Positions 9,053 through 18,207 of a stretch of DNA of 64,000 nt are shown in pieces. The position numbers and the translations under genes were made by a program. This DNA comes from Dehalococcoidia bacterium (GTDB taxonomy: Bacteria > Chloroflexota > Dehalococcoidia > UBA2979), in the NCBI GenBank assembly GCA_009379925.1, contig WHSU01000010.1, positions 18,023 through 82,022 of the forward strand, given 5' to 3'. The first letter of the stretch is position 1, and every line of letters starts with the position of its first letter. Below the pieces are notes generated by a model. It was given only the letters and a program-made list of their open reading frames with translations, was not told where the DNA came from and made no database searches.

Positions 9053-10354
9053 TCACTCCAGAGGAAAGCCCGGGACCTCGATGGTGAGCTCGGAGGTTGC
9101 GGAGCGGGCCGTTTCGGTGACGGCGAAGACACGGAGGGTGACCTCGGTCGGTGACCGCGAGAAGGGCACCTCCGGGCTCGCCTCGGTGGTGTTGGCGGGC
9201 CAGATCCAGCTCTCGGCCTCACCGTCGATCTCCATCTCGACCACGTAGCAAGACTCCCCGTCGGCACGGTCCTCCCACGCGAGGGACACGCTCCAGCCGG
9301 CGCGCGACACCGGCGGGACGAGCTCTCCTTCGAGGCGCGCAGGGGCGGAGGGCGCACCGGCACCGCCGGGCGCGCCCGTGAAGCACACCGGCGACGGGGC
9401 GGTCGCGAACGCGGAGAAGCGTTGCGCGACGACCTCCGAGTACTCGGAGCGGGCGTCAGGCGTGGCCGCGTAGACGCGGTAGGCGACACCGCCATGCCCG
9501 CCGTACGGGCGCTCGTCGACGTACGAGGTGCTGTCCGGCGGCAACGTGGCGATCACCTGGATCTGGCGCGGGTACTGCCCCCACGTCGCCCGCTCGACCA
9601 CGTAGCAGCGCTCGCCGTCCGCCACGTCCTCCCAGCGCACCACCGCCCCCGTGCCGCCGGGCACCGCCAGCGGCTCGAGTCGCACCTCGCGCGGCGCCTC
9701 CGGGGCCCCCGGTGTCGGGGCAAGCGCCGTGTAGCAGGAGGCGTCGCGCGGGCGAATGGTCGGGTCGGCGGGGATCACTCCGATGCCGAAGTCCCGCGAG
9801 CCGTAGCGGACCGGCGTGAACGGGACCTCGCGATGCGCGGCACAGAAGAAGGAGACGAGCGCCTCGCCGCAGGTCTCCGGAGTGTGCTCGAACGAGTACA
9901 CCTCGATCGTCCCGCCGTCGCGCTCGATGGCCGCGATCGCCGGAGGGGAGTCGGGGCCGGGCGGCGGCCGGAGGTGCGGCGTGAAGGTGAACGACCACTC
10001 CTCGACCAGCGTGCGACCGTCGACCTCCACCTCGACCCGCGCGGTGTGGTCAGCCTGCTCCGTGAGCAGCGCGTCCGCCACGATCGTCCAGTCCGTGCCG
10101 CCGGGGTAGGTGTCGACCTCGACGGGCGCACCGTCGAGGGTCATGGAGATCTCGGAGGGCTGCGCCGGACGGTCGCACAGCAGGACGAGCCCAACGACAC
10201 CAGGGCCGCCGGTGACGGACTCCGTCGGCTCGCGCCCGCCAAGCGTGCACTCGGCTGGCGGATCCGCGCGCCCGAGCAGCACCGCCACCACCGCCACGAG
10301 CCCGGCGAGCCCGAGCACGCCCGTCCAGAGGATCGCGTCTCGCGGGTTGGTCAT
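9053..10354 (-). CDS. membrane-anchored protein with two FN3-like repeats (hypothetical)
   Basis: 433 aa with an N-terminal TM helix 'AILWTGVLGLAGLVAVVAVLLG'. Two about 90-aa modules share the motif 'WED(V/R)ADGE(R/S)CYVVE', which is typical of FN3 B-C strands. Confidence 0.65.
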   Translation of the reverse strand: MTNPRDAILWTGVLGLAGLVAVVAVLLGRADPPAECTLGGREPTESVTGGPGVVGLVLLCDRPAQPSEISMTLDGAPVEVDTYPGGTDWTIVADALLTEQADHTARVEVEVDGRTLVEEWSFTFTPHLRPPPGPDSPPAIAAIERDGGTIEVYSFEHTPETCGEALVSFFCAAHREVPFTPVRYGSRDFGIGVIPADPTIRPRDASCYTALAPTPGAPEAPREVRLEPLAVPGGTGAVVRWEDVADGERCYVVERATWGQYPRQIQVIATLPPDSTSYVDERPYGGHGGVAYRVYAATPDARSEYSEVVAQRFSAFATAPSPVCFTGAPGGAGAPSAPARLEGELVPPVSRAGWSVSLAWEDRADGESCYVVEMEIDGEAESWIWPANTTEASPEVPFSRSPTEVTLRVFAVTETARSATSELTIEVPGFPLE

Positions 10355-10626
10355 CCGTGTCGGTCACTTCTCCAGCCCGCGCGCTGTCCTCAGAGGAACG
10401 CATCCGGGGGTCGGATGGTTCCTGTGTCAGTAGTATGAGGGAGCGAGGGACGCCCCCGATACTCTCCGCTGGTCCATGTGCTGCTTCCGCGGAGTTCTCC
10501 TCGGTCCTCAGTCATTTTGCTTGATCACGTGCCCCGGTTCTCCTCTGGAGTCGCGACCGTCGCGTTCGGCTGCAAGCCTGCGCCCGGTCCGATACGACCG
10601 CCGACCAGGCCAATGGTCATCGCGAT

Positions 10627-12060
10627 CTACGGTTCCGGCTCCGGAAGTGGCTTGATTCGGCCGCCGGTAGCGCCAATGTCAGCGCTCTGGCGCAGGATGA
10701 GCGATACCGCCAGCGCAGCGAAGGTGGAGGCCAGCAGCGCGCCCGCGAACGGCATCAGCGTCGGGACCGCGTTCGGGAAGGTCGCCAGCCGCATCGCCTC
10801 GATGAACGAGCCGGTGCCGATCCAGTTCGGGACGACGGCGCCAGCGAGGCCGGCCAGCGCGCCCGCGAAGGCGGCAGTGGTGGTGGAGCGCCGCCAGAGG
10901 CCGAGCAAGACCGGGACCACTGTGGCGGCGCAGAGCAGGTCGGCCATGAGGAAGAGCCTCAGGACCGAGTAGCCCTGCCAGGCGATCGCGATCCCCGGCA
11001 GCAGGAGCAGCACGGTCACCGAGCGCGCTTGCGGCAGTGAGATCCTTCGGTGCTCGGCCGCGACCAGCGCCGTCATCCCGTTCACCAGCGTGTCGACCGA
11101 GGAGGCGACGAGCGCGACGCCCAGCACCAAGACGACCGCGCCGACCCACGCGGGGGCATTGGTGACGAGCGCGAAGAAGGGCACCGGTGGCGCACCGAGT
11201 TCGAGCGGCGCCCCCGCCGCGACAATGCCGAGGATCCCAATGACGAGAACGATCGGGATCGAGACCAGTCCGCCGGCGAGCCCGGCGCGAGCCAGGCTCG
11301 CATCGTCCCGCGCCGCCCAGACGCGCTGCCAGTAGCCCTGGTGGAAAAGGTTGGCGGCCGTGACCGCGACGATCAGCGTGACCGCCACCTCGACCCGAGC
11401 GAACTCGACGCCGACTAGGCCCGATCCGGCGAACGCCTCGCCGGGGTCCACGAGGCTGGCGATGACGGCCACCGCGACGAGGGCGACCAGCGCCACGATG
11501 AGCCACGCCTGCCAACCATCGGTGCGCAGGCTGGCGCGCAGACCGCCGACAGCGGTGTACGCGACGGTCGCCGCGGCCACCGCCAGCACGGTCACGCGGG
11601 CATCCAGCCCGGACAGGATCGCGGTGACCGCACCGACCGCCGTCAGCTCCGCGGTGACGAAGAAGAACATGTACAGGATCGAGATCCCGATGACGTACAC
11701 CTGAAAGGGGCGGCCGAACCGGGCGCCCACGAACTCCGTGAGCGTGTGCCCACGCGGGACCGCCTGGCGCATGCGCGGGCCGATCAGGGCGAAGGCAAAC
11801 ACCGGCGCCGCCACCGCCAGCGCATAGCCGACGATGCCGACGAGGCCAACGAACGCCCCGACCTCGGGCACCGCAAACAGCACCCACGCGCCGAGTCCGG
11901 AGGCGATGAAGGACAGCGCGAGCGGTCGCGCGCCCTGGCTGTCGCGCGCGACGACGTAGTCTTCGACGTCGCCAGTCGACCGTCCGGACCTCACCCCGAT
12001 CCATGTAAAGAGCGCCAGCACCGCAGCGATGATGACGAACGTCAACTCCCAACTCAGCAT
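10627..12060 (-). CDS. sodium:solute symporter (SSS) family transporter, last gene of the thiamine operon (candidate thiamine-precursor importer)
   Basis: 477 aa with about 13 hydrophobic helices. The N-terminus 'ELTFVIIAAVLALFTWIGVRSGRSTGDVEDYVVARDSQGARPLALSFIASGLGAWVLF' is SSS-like. Same strand as tenA', 57 nt downstream. Confidence 0.8.
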   Translation of the reverse strand: MLSWELTFVIIAAVLALFTWIGVRSGRSTGDVEDYVVARDSQGARPLALSFIASGLGAWVLFAVPEVGAFVGLVGIVGYALAVAAPVFAFALIGPRMRQAVPRGHTLTEFVGARFGRPFQVYVIGISILYMFFFVTAELTAVGAVTAILSGLDARVTVLAVAAATVAYTAVGGLRASLRTDGWQAWLIVALVALVAVAVIASLVDPGEAFAGSGLVGVEFARVEVAVTLIVAVTAANLFHQGYWQRVWAARDDASLARAGLAGGLVSIPIVLVIGILGIVAAGAPLELGAPPVPFFALVTNAPAWVGAVVLVLGVALVASSVDTLVNGMTALVAAEHRRISLPQARSVTVLLLLPGIAIAWQGYSVLRLFLMADLLCAATVVPVLLGLWRRSTTTAAFAGALAGLAGAVVPNWIGTGSFIEAMRLATFPNAVPTLMPFAGALLASTFAALAVSLILRQSADIGATGGRIKPLPEPEP

Positions 12061-12117
12061 CCTGGCGCTCCCTGCATCTTCCTAGGGGCATCTCGCCATG
12101 GACGAAATGCGACCCGC

Positions 12118-12777
12118 TCACACGATCCCCGTTGGTCCGGCGGATCCGGCGCCCTCGGCCATGCGCCAGAAGCGGCCCTCGAAGGCCATCACACGACGGA
12201 ACGCGCGCTCCGCATCGGTCCGCTCCTGTGCCGAGGCCCCGCGGAGCGCCTCGTCCGCCGCGGTCTGCAGCCGGGCCACGTAGTCGCGAAAGCCCGCGTT
12301 CGACCAATGCTCGACGAACTCCCGATAGGGACCCGCGCCCGGCCGCGCCGCGCTCCACGCATCGAGGTAGCTGCGCTCCACCGCCCAGATCGCGGTCAGC
12401 GTGACCGCGAGCGGCGCGAACGCGAGGGTGTGGAGGTAGTCGACGAACGCAAGGCACTCCTCGGCGGGCTCGACGTCGAGCTCGACGCCCCGTCCCCGGC
12501 TCTGTTCCTCGAACCAGTCGAGCTCATCCTGAAGCGCGACGAGGCCATCGAGTAGGGCGCGCCGACCATCACCGGACGCGAGCGCGATGACGCGCGCCTG
12601 GGCGCCGTACAGCCCGTCGATGAAGTGCCGGTCCTGCGCCATCCACCGCCCGAACGACTTGAGGTCGAGCGACCCGTCGCGCGCTCCGGCGATGAACGAG
12701 GACCCGGCGGTGGAGGCCGACCACTCGTCGCGATACCGCTCGAGCAGGGCGCCGACGTCAGTCTCATGCGTGCCCAC
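12118..12777 (-). CDS. TenA/thiaminase-II family protein, paralog lacking the active-site Cys (TenA_E-like)
   Basis: 'FIAGARDGSLDLKSFGRWMAQDRHFIDGLY...CLAFVDYLHTLAFAPLAVTLTAIWAVERSYLDAW...EFVEHWSNAGFRDYV' shows haem-oxygenase-like TenA fold motifs. The probable GTG start at 12777 sits 1 nt after the upstream tenA stop. The ORF track extends to 12858. Confidence 0.75.
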   Translation of the reverse strand: MGTHETDVGALLERYRDEWSASTAGSSFIAGARDGSLDLKSFGRWMAQDRHFIDGLYGAQARVIALASGDGRRALLDGLVALQDELDWFEEQSRGRGVELDVEPAEECLAFVDYLHTLAFAPLAVTLTAIWAVERSYLDAWSAARPGAGPYREFVEHWSNAGFRDYVARLQTAADEALRGASAQERTDAERAFRRVMAFEGRFWRMAEGAGSAGPTGIV

Positions 12778-12778
12778 A

Positions 12779-13405
12779 TCAACCCTCGTCCCATACCCCT
12801 TTGAAGAACCCGTATTCCAGCTCCATGGCATGTCGGTACTGTTCGCGTTCTCGCACACCGGGCGGTGCCGTGTAACGGTCGAGGAGCGCCTCGACCGTCT
12901 GCGCCAACTCTTCCATCTCGCGCGAGGCGTAGTTCTCGACCCATGCTCGGTACGGTCCGGCGACGTCGCCGCGCGCCAGCTCCTGCCCGAGGTAGGCGTA
13001 GAGGCGCATGCAGGGCGTCATCGACGCGACGGTGAGGCTGGGCCCGGCGTCGCCGCGGATGCACTCCTCCAGGAAGTCCGTGTAGGCGAGCGTCGAGGAC
13101 ATCGGTTCGACGTGATCGAGGTCGATGTCGAGCGCGGCCGCGGCCGAGCGGTGCAGTTCGAGCTCGCTGAAGACGCCGTTCAACAGGCGATGGAACGTGT
13201 GCAGTCCGTCGCGATCGGGCGCGGTGGCGAGGCCGTGCGCATAGCCGCGGGCGAACACCTCCAGGAAGAACGCGTCCTGCGCGATGAAGGCGCGGTAGCG
13301 TTCGCGCGGCAATGAGCCATCGGCCAGTCCTCGGACGAACGAATGATCCAGGCAGCGCCGAGCACTCTCCTGGGCCTCTTGCCAGAGCATGCGAGAGAAC
13401 GTCAT
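12779..13405 (-). CDS. tenA: aminopyrimidine aminohydrolase TenA (thiaminase II)
   Basis: 208 aa. '[51 protein letters not shown]...ASMTPCMRLYAYLGQEL...WVENYAS' is the TenA signature and includes the Cys-containing 'PC..LY' motif. The start overlaps the tenI stop by 4 nt. Confidence 0.88.
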   Translation of the reverse strand: MTFSRMLWQEAQESARRCLDHSFVRGLADGSLPRERYRAFIAQDAFFLEVFARGYAHGLATAPDRDGLHTFHRLLNGVFSELELHRSAAAALDIDLDHVEPMSSTLAYTDFLEECIRGDAGPSLTVASMTPCMRLYAYLGQELARGDVAGPYRAWVENYASREMEELAQTVEALLDRYTAPPGVREREQYRHAMELEYGFFKGVWDEG

Positions 13406-14046
13406 CGGGTCTTGCTTTCCCTGGTCGCAGGCTCGATCGCCGCCAGGTACTCCCTCACCGCCTCGGCCGGATCCGGATGGCCAAGCACGCCGGAGACGAC
13501 GCCGACCCCGTGCGCGCCAGCCTCGATGCACACGGCGACCCGGTCCGGCGTCACGCCGCCGATGGCGAGCACCGGGAGCCGCGCGGCTCCGGCAATGGCG
13601 CGCAGCGCATCGAGGCCCGCGGCTTCCCCAGCCTTCGAGCCGGGCGCAAAGACGGCGCCGAACACGGCGGCGCCCATCCCGGCGTCCTCGGCGCGTCTCA
13701 GCGCCTCGAGCGAGTGCACCGCCGCCGAATGCCAGCGCGGTACCTCCGGGCGGTGCGCCGGGATCACTTCCTCCGGCCAGTGCGCACCGTCGTATCCGAG
13801 GCGCGCCGCCAGCGCCGCGTCGCCATTGAGGACGAGCGCTGCCTCGGCGGGCACGCGGCGACGGGTCGCTTCCGCGAGGCGCTCGAAGCAGGCAGCGTCG
13901 ACCGCCTTCGCGCGTAGCTGGACCGCAACCCGGGGGTCCTCGACGACCGGCGCGAGCGCCTCGATGACATCGAGGAGCCGCGCTGCGCTGCCCGCGTAGG
14001 CGAGGTCGGCGACGACCAGTAGGCGTGGGTTCACCGCTACGGCCAT
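13402..14046 (-). CDS. tenI: ThiE-fold protein, probable thiazole tautomerase TenI (second ThiE paralog)
   Basis: 214 aa. 'VQLRAK...[20 protein letters not shown]...[32 protein letters not shown]...[14 protein letters not shown]...[11 protein letters not shown]' shows TMP-synthase-fold motifs. It sits between thiG and tenA, as tenI does in the Bacillus tenA-tenI-thiOSG arrangement. A bona fide thiE is present upstream. Confidence 0.7.
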   Translation of the reverse strand: MAVAVNPRLLVVADLAYAGSAARLLDVIEALAPVVEDPRVAVQLRAKAVDAACFERLAEATRRRVPAEAALVLNGDAALAARLGYDGAHWPEEVIPAHRPEVPRWHSAAVHSLEALRRAEDAGMGAAVFGAVFAPGSKAGEAAGLDALRAIAGAARLPVLAIGGVTPDRVAVCIEAGAHGVGVVSGVLGHPDPAEAVREYLAAIEPATRESKTR

Positions 14047-14846
14047 GCCGCGTTCCCTGCACCGATGAGCCCCTCCGCCGGCGAGGACGGCTCGGCGTAG
14101 AACCGCTTCGGCATGCGCCCGGCCAGCATCGCCTCGCGTCCTCCGATCGCCGCGTGGCCCACCGCACGCGCCATCCGCACAGGGTCGCGCGCCTGCGCCA
14201 CGGCGGTGTTCAGCAGGACCGCGTCGCAGCCCAGCTCGAAGGCAAGCGCCACATCGGACGCCGTGCCGAGGCCGGCGTCGACGATGACCGGGACCGAGGC
14301 GCGCGAGACGATCAGCTCGAAGTTGTGTGGATTGCGGATGCCGAGCCCGGACCCGATCGGCGCTGCCAGCGGCATCACCCCAACGCAGCCGACATCCTCG
14401 AGCTTCTGCGCGAGGACGGGGTCGTCGTTGATGTACGGAAGCACGTCGAAGCCGCGCTGGACGAGCTCGGCCGCCGCCGTCAGTGTCTCGACCGGGTCCG
14501 GCAGCAGCGTCTCCTCGTCGGCAATCACCTCGAGCTTCAAGAGCGATGTGCCCAGTGCCTCGCGGGCCAGCTCAGCCGTGAGCACCGCGTCGCGGGCCGT
14601 AAAGCAGCCGGCGGTGTTCGGAAGCACCTGGTAGCCGCGGTCGGTCAGCAGCTCGTAGAGGTTCTCCCCACCAGTCGCGCGTGGGTCGGCCCGCCGGATG
14701 GCCATCGTCACCAGCTGCGCGCCCGCTGCCTCCAGCGAGTCGAGCATCACCTGTGTGCTCGGGTAGCGCGCCGAGCCGAGGATGACGCGCGACCGCAGCT
14801 CGCGGCTGCCCACGCGCCATGTGTCCTGCACCTCGCTCCCGCTCAT
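14037..14846 (-). CDS. thiG: thiazole synthase ThiG
   Basis: 269 aa. '[20 protein letters not shown]...[48 protein letters not shown]...[14 protein letters not shown]' is canonical ThiG. Confidence 0.95.
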   Translation of the reverse strand: MSGSEVQDTWRVGSRELRSRVILGSARYPSTQVMLDSLEAAGAQLVTMAIRRADPRATGGENLYELLTDRGYQVLPNTAGCFTARDAVLTAELAREALGTSLLKLEVIADEETLLPDPVETLTAAAELVQRGFDVLPYINDDPVLAQKLEDVGCVGVMPLAAPIGSGLGIRNPHNFELIVSRASVPVIVDAGLGTASDVALAFELGCDAVLLNTAVAQARDPVRMARAVGHAAIGGREAMLAGRMPKRFYAEPSSPAEGLIGAGNAAWP

Positions 14847-14880
14847 CGCCCGTGTCCTATTCCGTCGTCGCTCATGTCCA

Positions 14881-15102
14881 TCAACCTCCCTGGATAGGCC
14901 GCACGATCTCGAGCTTGTCGTCCGGCTCCACCGCCGTCGACGACCACTCGCCGCGCGTCACCACCTCGCCATTGCGGGCGACCGCCACCCCCCGCCTCCA
15001 CGTTGAGGGCACGAGGTCCGCCACGGTCGTACCGGGCGCGACGGTGCGGCGCTCCCCGTTGAGCGAGATCGCAACGCTCGTGCTTGCCCGTTGCCCGCTC
15101 AT
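14881..15102 (-). CDS. thiS: sulfur-carrier protein ThiS
   Basis: 73 aa with a ubiquitin-like size and a C-terminal '...[12 protein letters not shown]' diglycine. ATGA overlap with the thiO stop. Confidence 0.9.
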   Translation of the reverse strand: MSGQRASTSVAISLNGERRTVAPGTTVADLVPSTWRRGVAVARNGEVVTRGEWSSTAVEPDDKLEIVRPIQGG

Positions 15103-16265
15103 GGCGTGGCCTCGCCCGGCGCGCCCGAGTGGGCGAAGCGCATCGGGTCGAACGGTGCGAGCAGCGGGTCGGCCCGCCCCTCGCAGACCAGGTCGGCGAG
15201 CAGGCGCGCGGTCACCGGTGCCAGTGCGACGCCGTTGCGGTAATGCCCGGCCGCCACGAAGAGGCCGTCCTCGGTGGCCCCGATGCTCCCGATCGCCGGG
15301 AGGTGGTCGCGCAAAGCGGGGCGGAAGCCGGCCCGCGCCTCGACCAACTCCAGTTCGGCGATGCCGGGCATGACGCGGCGGGCCTCGCGCAGCAGGTCGT
15401 GCACGGCGCCAGCGGTGACGCGTCGGTCGAAGCCCATCTCTTCCACCGTTGCACCGAGCACGAGCTCGCCATCGGCGCGGGGCACGAGGTAGACCTCGGG
15501 CGTCCGGATGACGTGACGTGCGAGGACGTCACCATGCAGCCGCAGGATCTGGCCCTTGACCGGGCGTAGTCCGCTGAGGAGCGGGAACGCATCGAGCAGT
15601 CCAGGGCCCGGAGCCCCCGGGGCGACCACCAGGCGACGGGTCCGGATGTGTTCGGGCGGCGCGTCATCCTCCCGGCGCGCGAGCACCGTCCACCCCTCGC
15701 CGGACCGCTCGATCCCGTCCGCAGCGGTGTGCTCCGTGATCGTGCCGCCGCCGCGCTCGACCGCGACGGCGAGCGCCTGCAGCAGGCGCCGCGGGTCGAC
15801 CTGCCAGTCATCGCGGGCGAGCAAGCCGCCGGAGACGTTCGGGGCGAGCAGCGGTTCGCGCTCGCGGACTTCGGCGGCGGTGAGCCGGACCGCGTCCAGC
15901 CCGCGCTCGGCCTGGAACGCACGCAACTGCTCAAGCCAGGCGTGGTGGTCGCGGTGCACCGCAACCCACAGCGTCCCCGATTGCTCGAACCCGGTCGTCA
16001 TGCCCGAGGCCGCCTCGATGCGCGCGATCCAGTCCGGGTACTCGCCGTGGCTCGCGAGCGCGAGGCGGGTCAGGTCCGGGTGCGAGACGTCGACCTCGGA
16101 GGCGGGGGCGATCATGCCCGCGGCGACGCCGGCCGCGCCACGCTCGCCCACGGCGGCGGCTTCCAGCACGGTGACCGACGCTCCGCGTTGCGTGAACTCG
16201 TGCGCCGCGGCGAGCCCGATGATGCCGCCCCCGATCACGCACACGTCCGCTGGTTGCGCCGTCAT
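15099..16265 (-). CDS. thiO: glycine oxidase ThiO (FAD-dependent)
   Basis: 388 aa with the Rossmann motif 'DVCVIGGGIIGLAAAHEF'. DAO-family length. Positioned between thiE and thiS. Confidence 0.88.
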   Translation of the reverse strand: MTAQPADVCVIGGGIIGLAAAHEFTQRGASVTVLEAAAVGERGAAGVAAGMIAPASEVDVSHPDLTRLALASHGEYPDWIARIEAASGMTTGFEQSGTLWVAVHRDHHAWLEQLRAFQAERGLDAVRLTAAEVREREPLLAPNVSGGLLARDDWQVDPRRLLQALAVAVERGGGTITEHTAADGIERSGEGWTVLARREDDAPPEHIRTRRLVVAPGAPGPGLLDAFPLLSGLRPVKGQILRLHGDVLARHVIRTPEVYLVPRADGELVLGATVEEMGFDRRVTAGAVHDLLREARRVMPGIAELELVEARAGFRPALRDHLPAIGSIGATEDGLFVAAGHYRNGVALAPVTARLLADLVCEGRADPLLAPFDPMRFAHSGAPGEATP

Positions 16266-16924
16266 CGGGCCGCCCTCGAAGCGAGCGCGGCGTCGAGGGC
16301 GGCCCGACAGCCGCGCGCGGCCGCCTCGACGTCCGGGGCCGCGACCACCGCCGAGACGACGGCCACCCCGTGCGCGCCCGCCTCGATCACCTCGGAGATA
16401 CGTTCCGCCGTGATGCTGCCGATGGCGATGACGGGCACGGGGCAGGCGGCGCAGATGCGAGCGAGGGTCTCCAGGCCCATGTCCGGCGCCGGGTTCGCCT
16501 TGGTGCTCGTCCCGTAGATCGGCCCGACGCCGAGGTAGTCGATGTCCGTCTGCCAGACCCGCGCGGCCTCCTCGAAGGAGTTCGCGGTGCCGCCAATGAT
16601 CGCGTCTGGCCCCAGGATCCGCCGCGCCGTCGCGACATCGAGGTCGTGGCGCCCGAGGTGGACGGCCGATGCGCCAACGCTCAGCGCCACGTCCGGGCGG
16701 TCGTCCACGATCAGCGTCGCCTCGTGCCGCCGGGTGAGGGGGAGCATCGACGCAGCGACTTCGATCAACTCGCGCGTCGTGCGCGCCCGCTTCTCCCGGA
16801 ACTGGACCGCGTCTGCCCCACCCCGCAGCGCCAGCTCAGCGATCTCGAGGTGGGAGTAGCGGTCCTGGATCTGCTCGTCCGTGATCACTTGCAGGCGGAG
16901 GACTCGAGTGGAGGCGGTCGTCAC
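16262..16924 (-). CDS. thiE: thiamine-phosphate synthase ThiE
   Basis: 'LRLQVITDE...GGADAVQFREK...LIVDDRPDVALSVGASAVHLGRHDL...IIGGTANSFEEA...DYLGVGPIYGTSTK...VPVIAIGSIT...GAHGVAVVSAV'. The GTG start (16924) overlaps the thiD TGA as GTGA. The upstream part of the 293-aa ORF (to 17143) is an Arg-rich shadow of thiD. Confidence 0.9.
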   Translation of the reverse strand: MTTASTRVLRLQVITDEQIQDRYSHLEIAELALRGGADAVQFREKRARTTRELIEVAASMLPLTRRHEATLIVDDRPDVALSVGASAVHLGRHDLDVATARRILGPDAIIGGTANSFEEAARVWQTDIDYLGVGPIYGTSTKANPAPDMGLETLARICAACPVPVIAIGSITAERISEVIEAGAHGVAVVSAVVAAPDVEAAARGCRAALDAALASRAAR

Positions 16925-17769
16925 AGTCGGAGCTCCTTGACCGGATCGTCGATGAGCCACTCGCTCGGGTCGCCGTCCGCCTCGGGGCGCAGGTAGAAGA
17001 AGTGGTCGGTGGGGCGGGCGCCTTCGCCGAGCGCGGGGCCGTACCGGATCGCCTCCGTCAGGTACCGCTTCGCGGCGTGGACGGCGCGGACCAGGTCGAG
17101 ACCGCCGGCCAGCTGCGTGGCGATGGCCGCTGAGAAAGTGCAACCCGTCCCGTGCGTGTTCCGGCTCTCGAGGTACTCGCCCTCGATGACCGTCGCCCCG
17201 GCTAGTTCCACCAGGACATCGGTGGCGGGGCTCTCCTCCAGATGCCCACCCTTCACCAGCACGGCCTCCGGGCCGAGCTCGAGGATGCGGCGCCCTGCCT
17301 CAGCCGCGTCCGAAACCGTCCGGACCTCCATGCCGGCGAGGAGTTGCGCCTCCGCCACGTTGGGCGTGACGAGCGTCGCGAGCGGCAGCAACTCGTCGCG
17401 CATGGCGTCCACGGCGTCTTCGGCGAGCAGCGGGAAGCCTGACTTCGAGACCATCACCGGGTCGAGCACGTACTGCGGCGGCCGGTACCTTCGCATGCAC
17501 GCGGCGACCACCTCGACGCGTTCGCGGTCGGCCAGCATGCCGCTCTTCGCGCCGTGCACCTCGAAGTCGTCGAAGATGGCGTCGAACTGCGCCTCGATCA
17601 GCTCGGGCGGCAGCGCGAAGGCGGCCGTGACCGCCTTCGTGTTCTGCGCGGTCACCGAGGTGAGCACGGAGAGGCCGTAGCCCCCGTTCGCGGAGGTCGC
17701 CTTCAGGTCCGCCTGGATGCCGGCGCCGGCGCCGCTATCCGAGCCGGCAATCGTCAGGACTGTGCGCAT
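16921..17769 (-). CDS. thiD: hydroxymethylpyrimidine/phosphomethylpyrimidine kinase ThiD
   Basis: 'MRTVLTIAGSDSGAGAGIQADLKATSANGGYGLSVLTSVTAQNT...VLDPVMVSKSG...LVTPNVAEA...LVKGGHL...THGTGCTFSAAIA' is canonical ThiD. The ATG at 17769 follows 'ggaggggga'. Confidence 0.93.
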   Translation of the reverse strand: MRTVLTIAGSDSGAGAGIQADLKATSANGGYGLSVLTSVTAQNTKAVTAAFALPPELIEAQFDAIFDDFEVHGAKSGMLADRERVEVVAACMRRYRPPQYVLDPVMVSKSGFPLLAEDAVDAMRDELLPLATLVTPNVAEAQLLAGMEVRTVSDAAEAGRRILELGPEAVLVKGGHLEESPATDVLVELAGATVIEGEYLESRNTHGTGCTFSAAIATQLAGGLDLVRAVHAAKRYLTEAIRYGPALGEGARPTDHFFYLRPEADGDPSEWLIDDPVKELRL

Positions 17770-17892
17770 GCCGTCCCCCTCCGCTCGCGTGCCACGACCG
17801 ATGCGCACACGAAGCGGCCGGTGACGTCATGGACGTCTCGGCGCTCAGGACCAGGGGCTGATGTGACGAGGAGACCGGACAGGTCTGCTGCA

Positions 17893-17978
17893 TGGCACAT
17901 CCCTCCGCCGGTATTACCCGGATCAGGTGTAGCGGGTGCTTTCTCAGGCCGGGCGACCGCCCGACCACCCCGTGTGCT
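17893..17978 (-). promoter_or_regulatory. TPP (THI-box) riboswitch in the thiD leader
   Basis: The minus-strand read is 'cacGGGGTGgtcgggcggtcgcccggCCTGAGAaagcACCCgctacACCTGATCCGGGTAATACCGGCGgAGGGAtgtg'. It contains the conserved GGGGUG, CUGAGA, ACCUGAUC.GG.UAAUACC.GCG and AGGGA elements in the correct order, about 125 nt upstream of the thiD ATG. Confidence 0.9.
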
Positions 17979-17984
17979 CAGGCG

Positions 17985-17990
17985 ACTATA
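17985..17990 (-). promoter_or_regulatory. extended -10 promoter element (TGgTATAGT) for the thi operon
   Basis: The minus strand reads 'ctcTGGTATAGTcgcctgagcac'. The TATAGT hexamer with an upstream TG lies about 7 nt before the first riboswitch nucleotides. No good -35 element is seen. Confidence 0.5.
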
Positions 17991-18207
17991 CCAGAGCGAA
18001 CATGAGCGCGGCCAGGAGCTCTCGAACAGAAGGAGCGTGTGAGAATGCGCGACGACAAACGGCAGATGAGCGAGCACGAGCATATCCGCGATGACTACAC
18101 CGCTAGACTCCGTCCGTTCCTCGGCGCTGATGCGTCTCGCTCACCCGTTCGCGGTAGGTGGCTCGGCATTGTCGTGAACAGCCCTGGCGCAGGGCGCAAG
18201 CGCCGCC

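Noticed and set aside
10679-12457. 592-aa minus-strand ORF overlapping the SSS transporter and tenA' in another frame
   Set aside because: The translation is an Arg/Gly/Pro/Ala-rich low-complexity string ('RRRRLRRRARQPGRATARAV...'), typical of shadow ORFs in high-GC DNA. The SSS frame gives a coherent 13-helix transporter instead.
12779-14167. 462-aa ORF that would fuse tenA to a long N-terminal extension across tenI and the thiG end
   Set aside because: The upstream 250 aa are Arg/Gly/Pro-rich nonsense overlapping real tenI/thiG frames. TenA homology starts at 'MTFSRMLWQ' (13405), which overlaps the tenI stop by 4 nt.
16925-17143. N-terminal extension of thiE in the ORF track (293 aa)
   Set aside because: The extension overlaps the thiD coding frame and is Arg/Pro-rich. 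A GTG at 16924 gives a GTGA overlap with the thiD stop and a normal-length ThiE.
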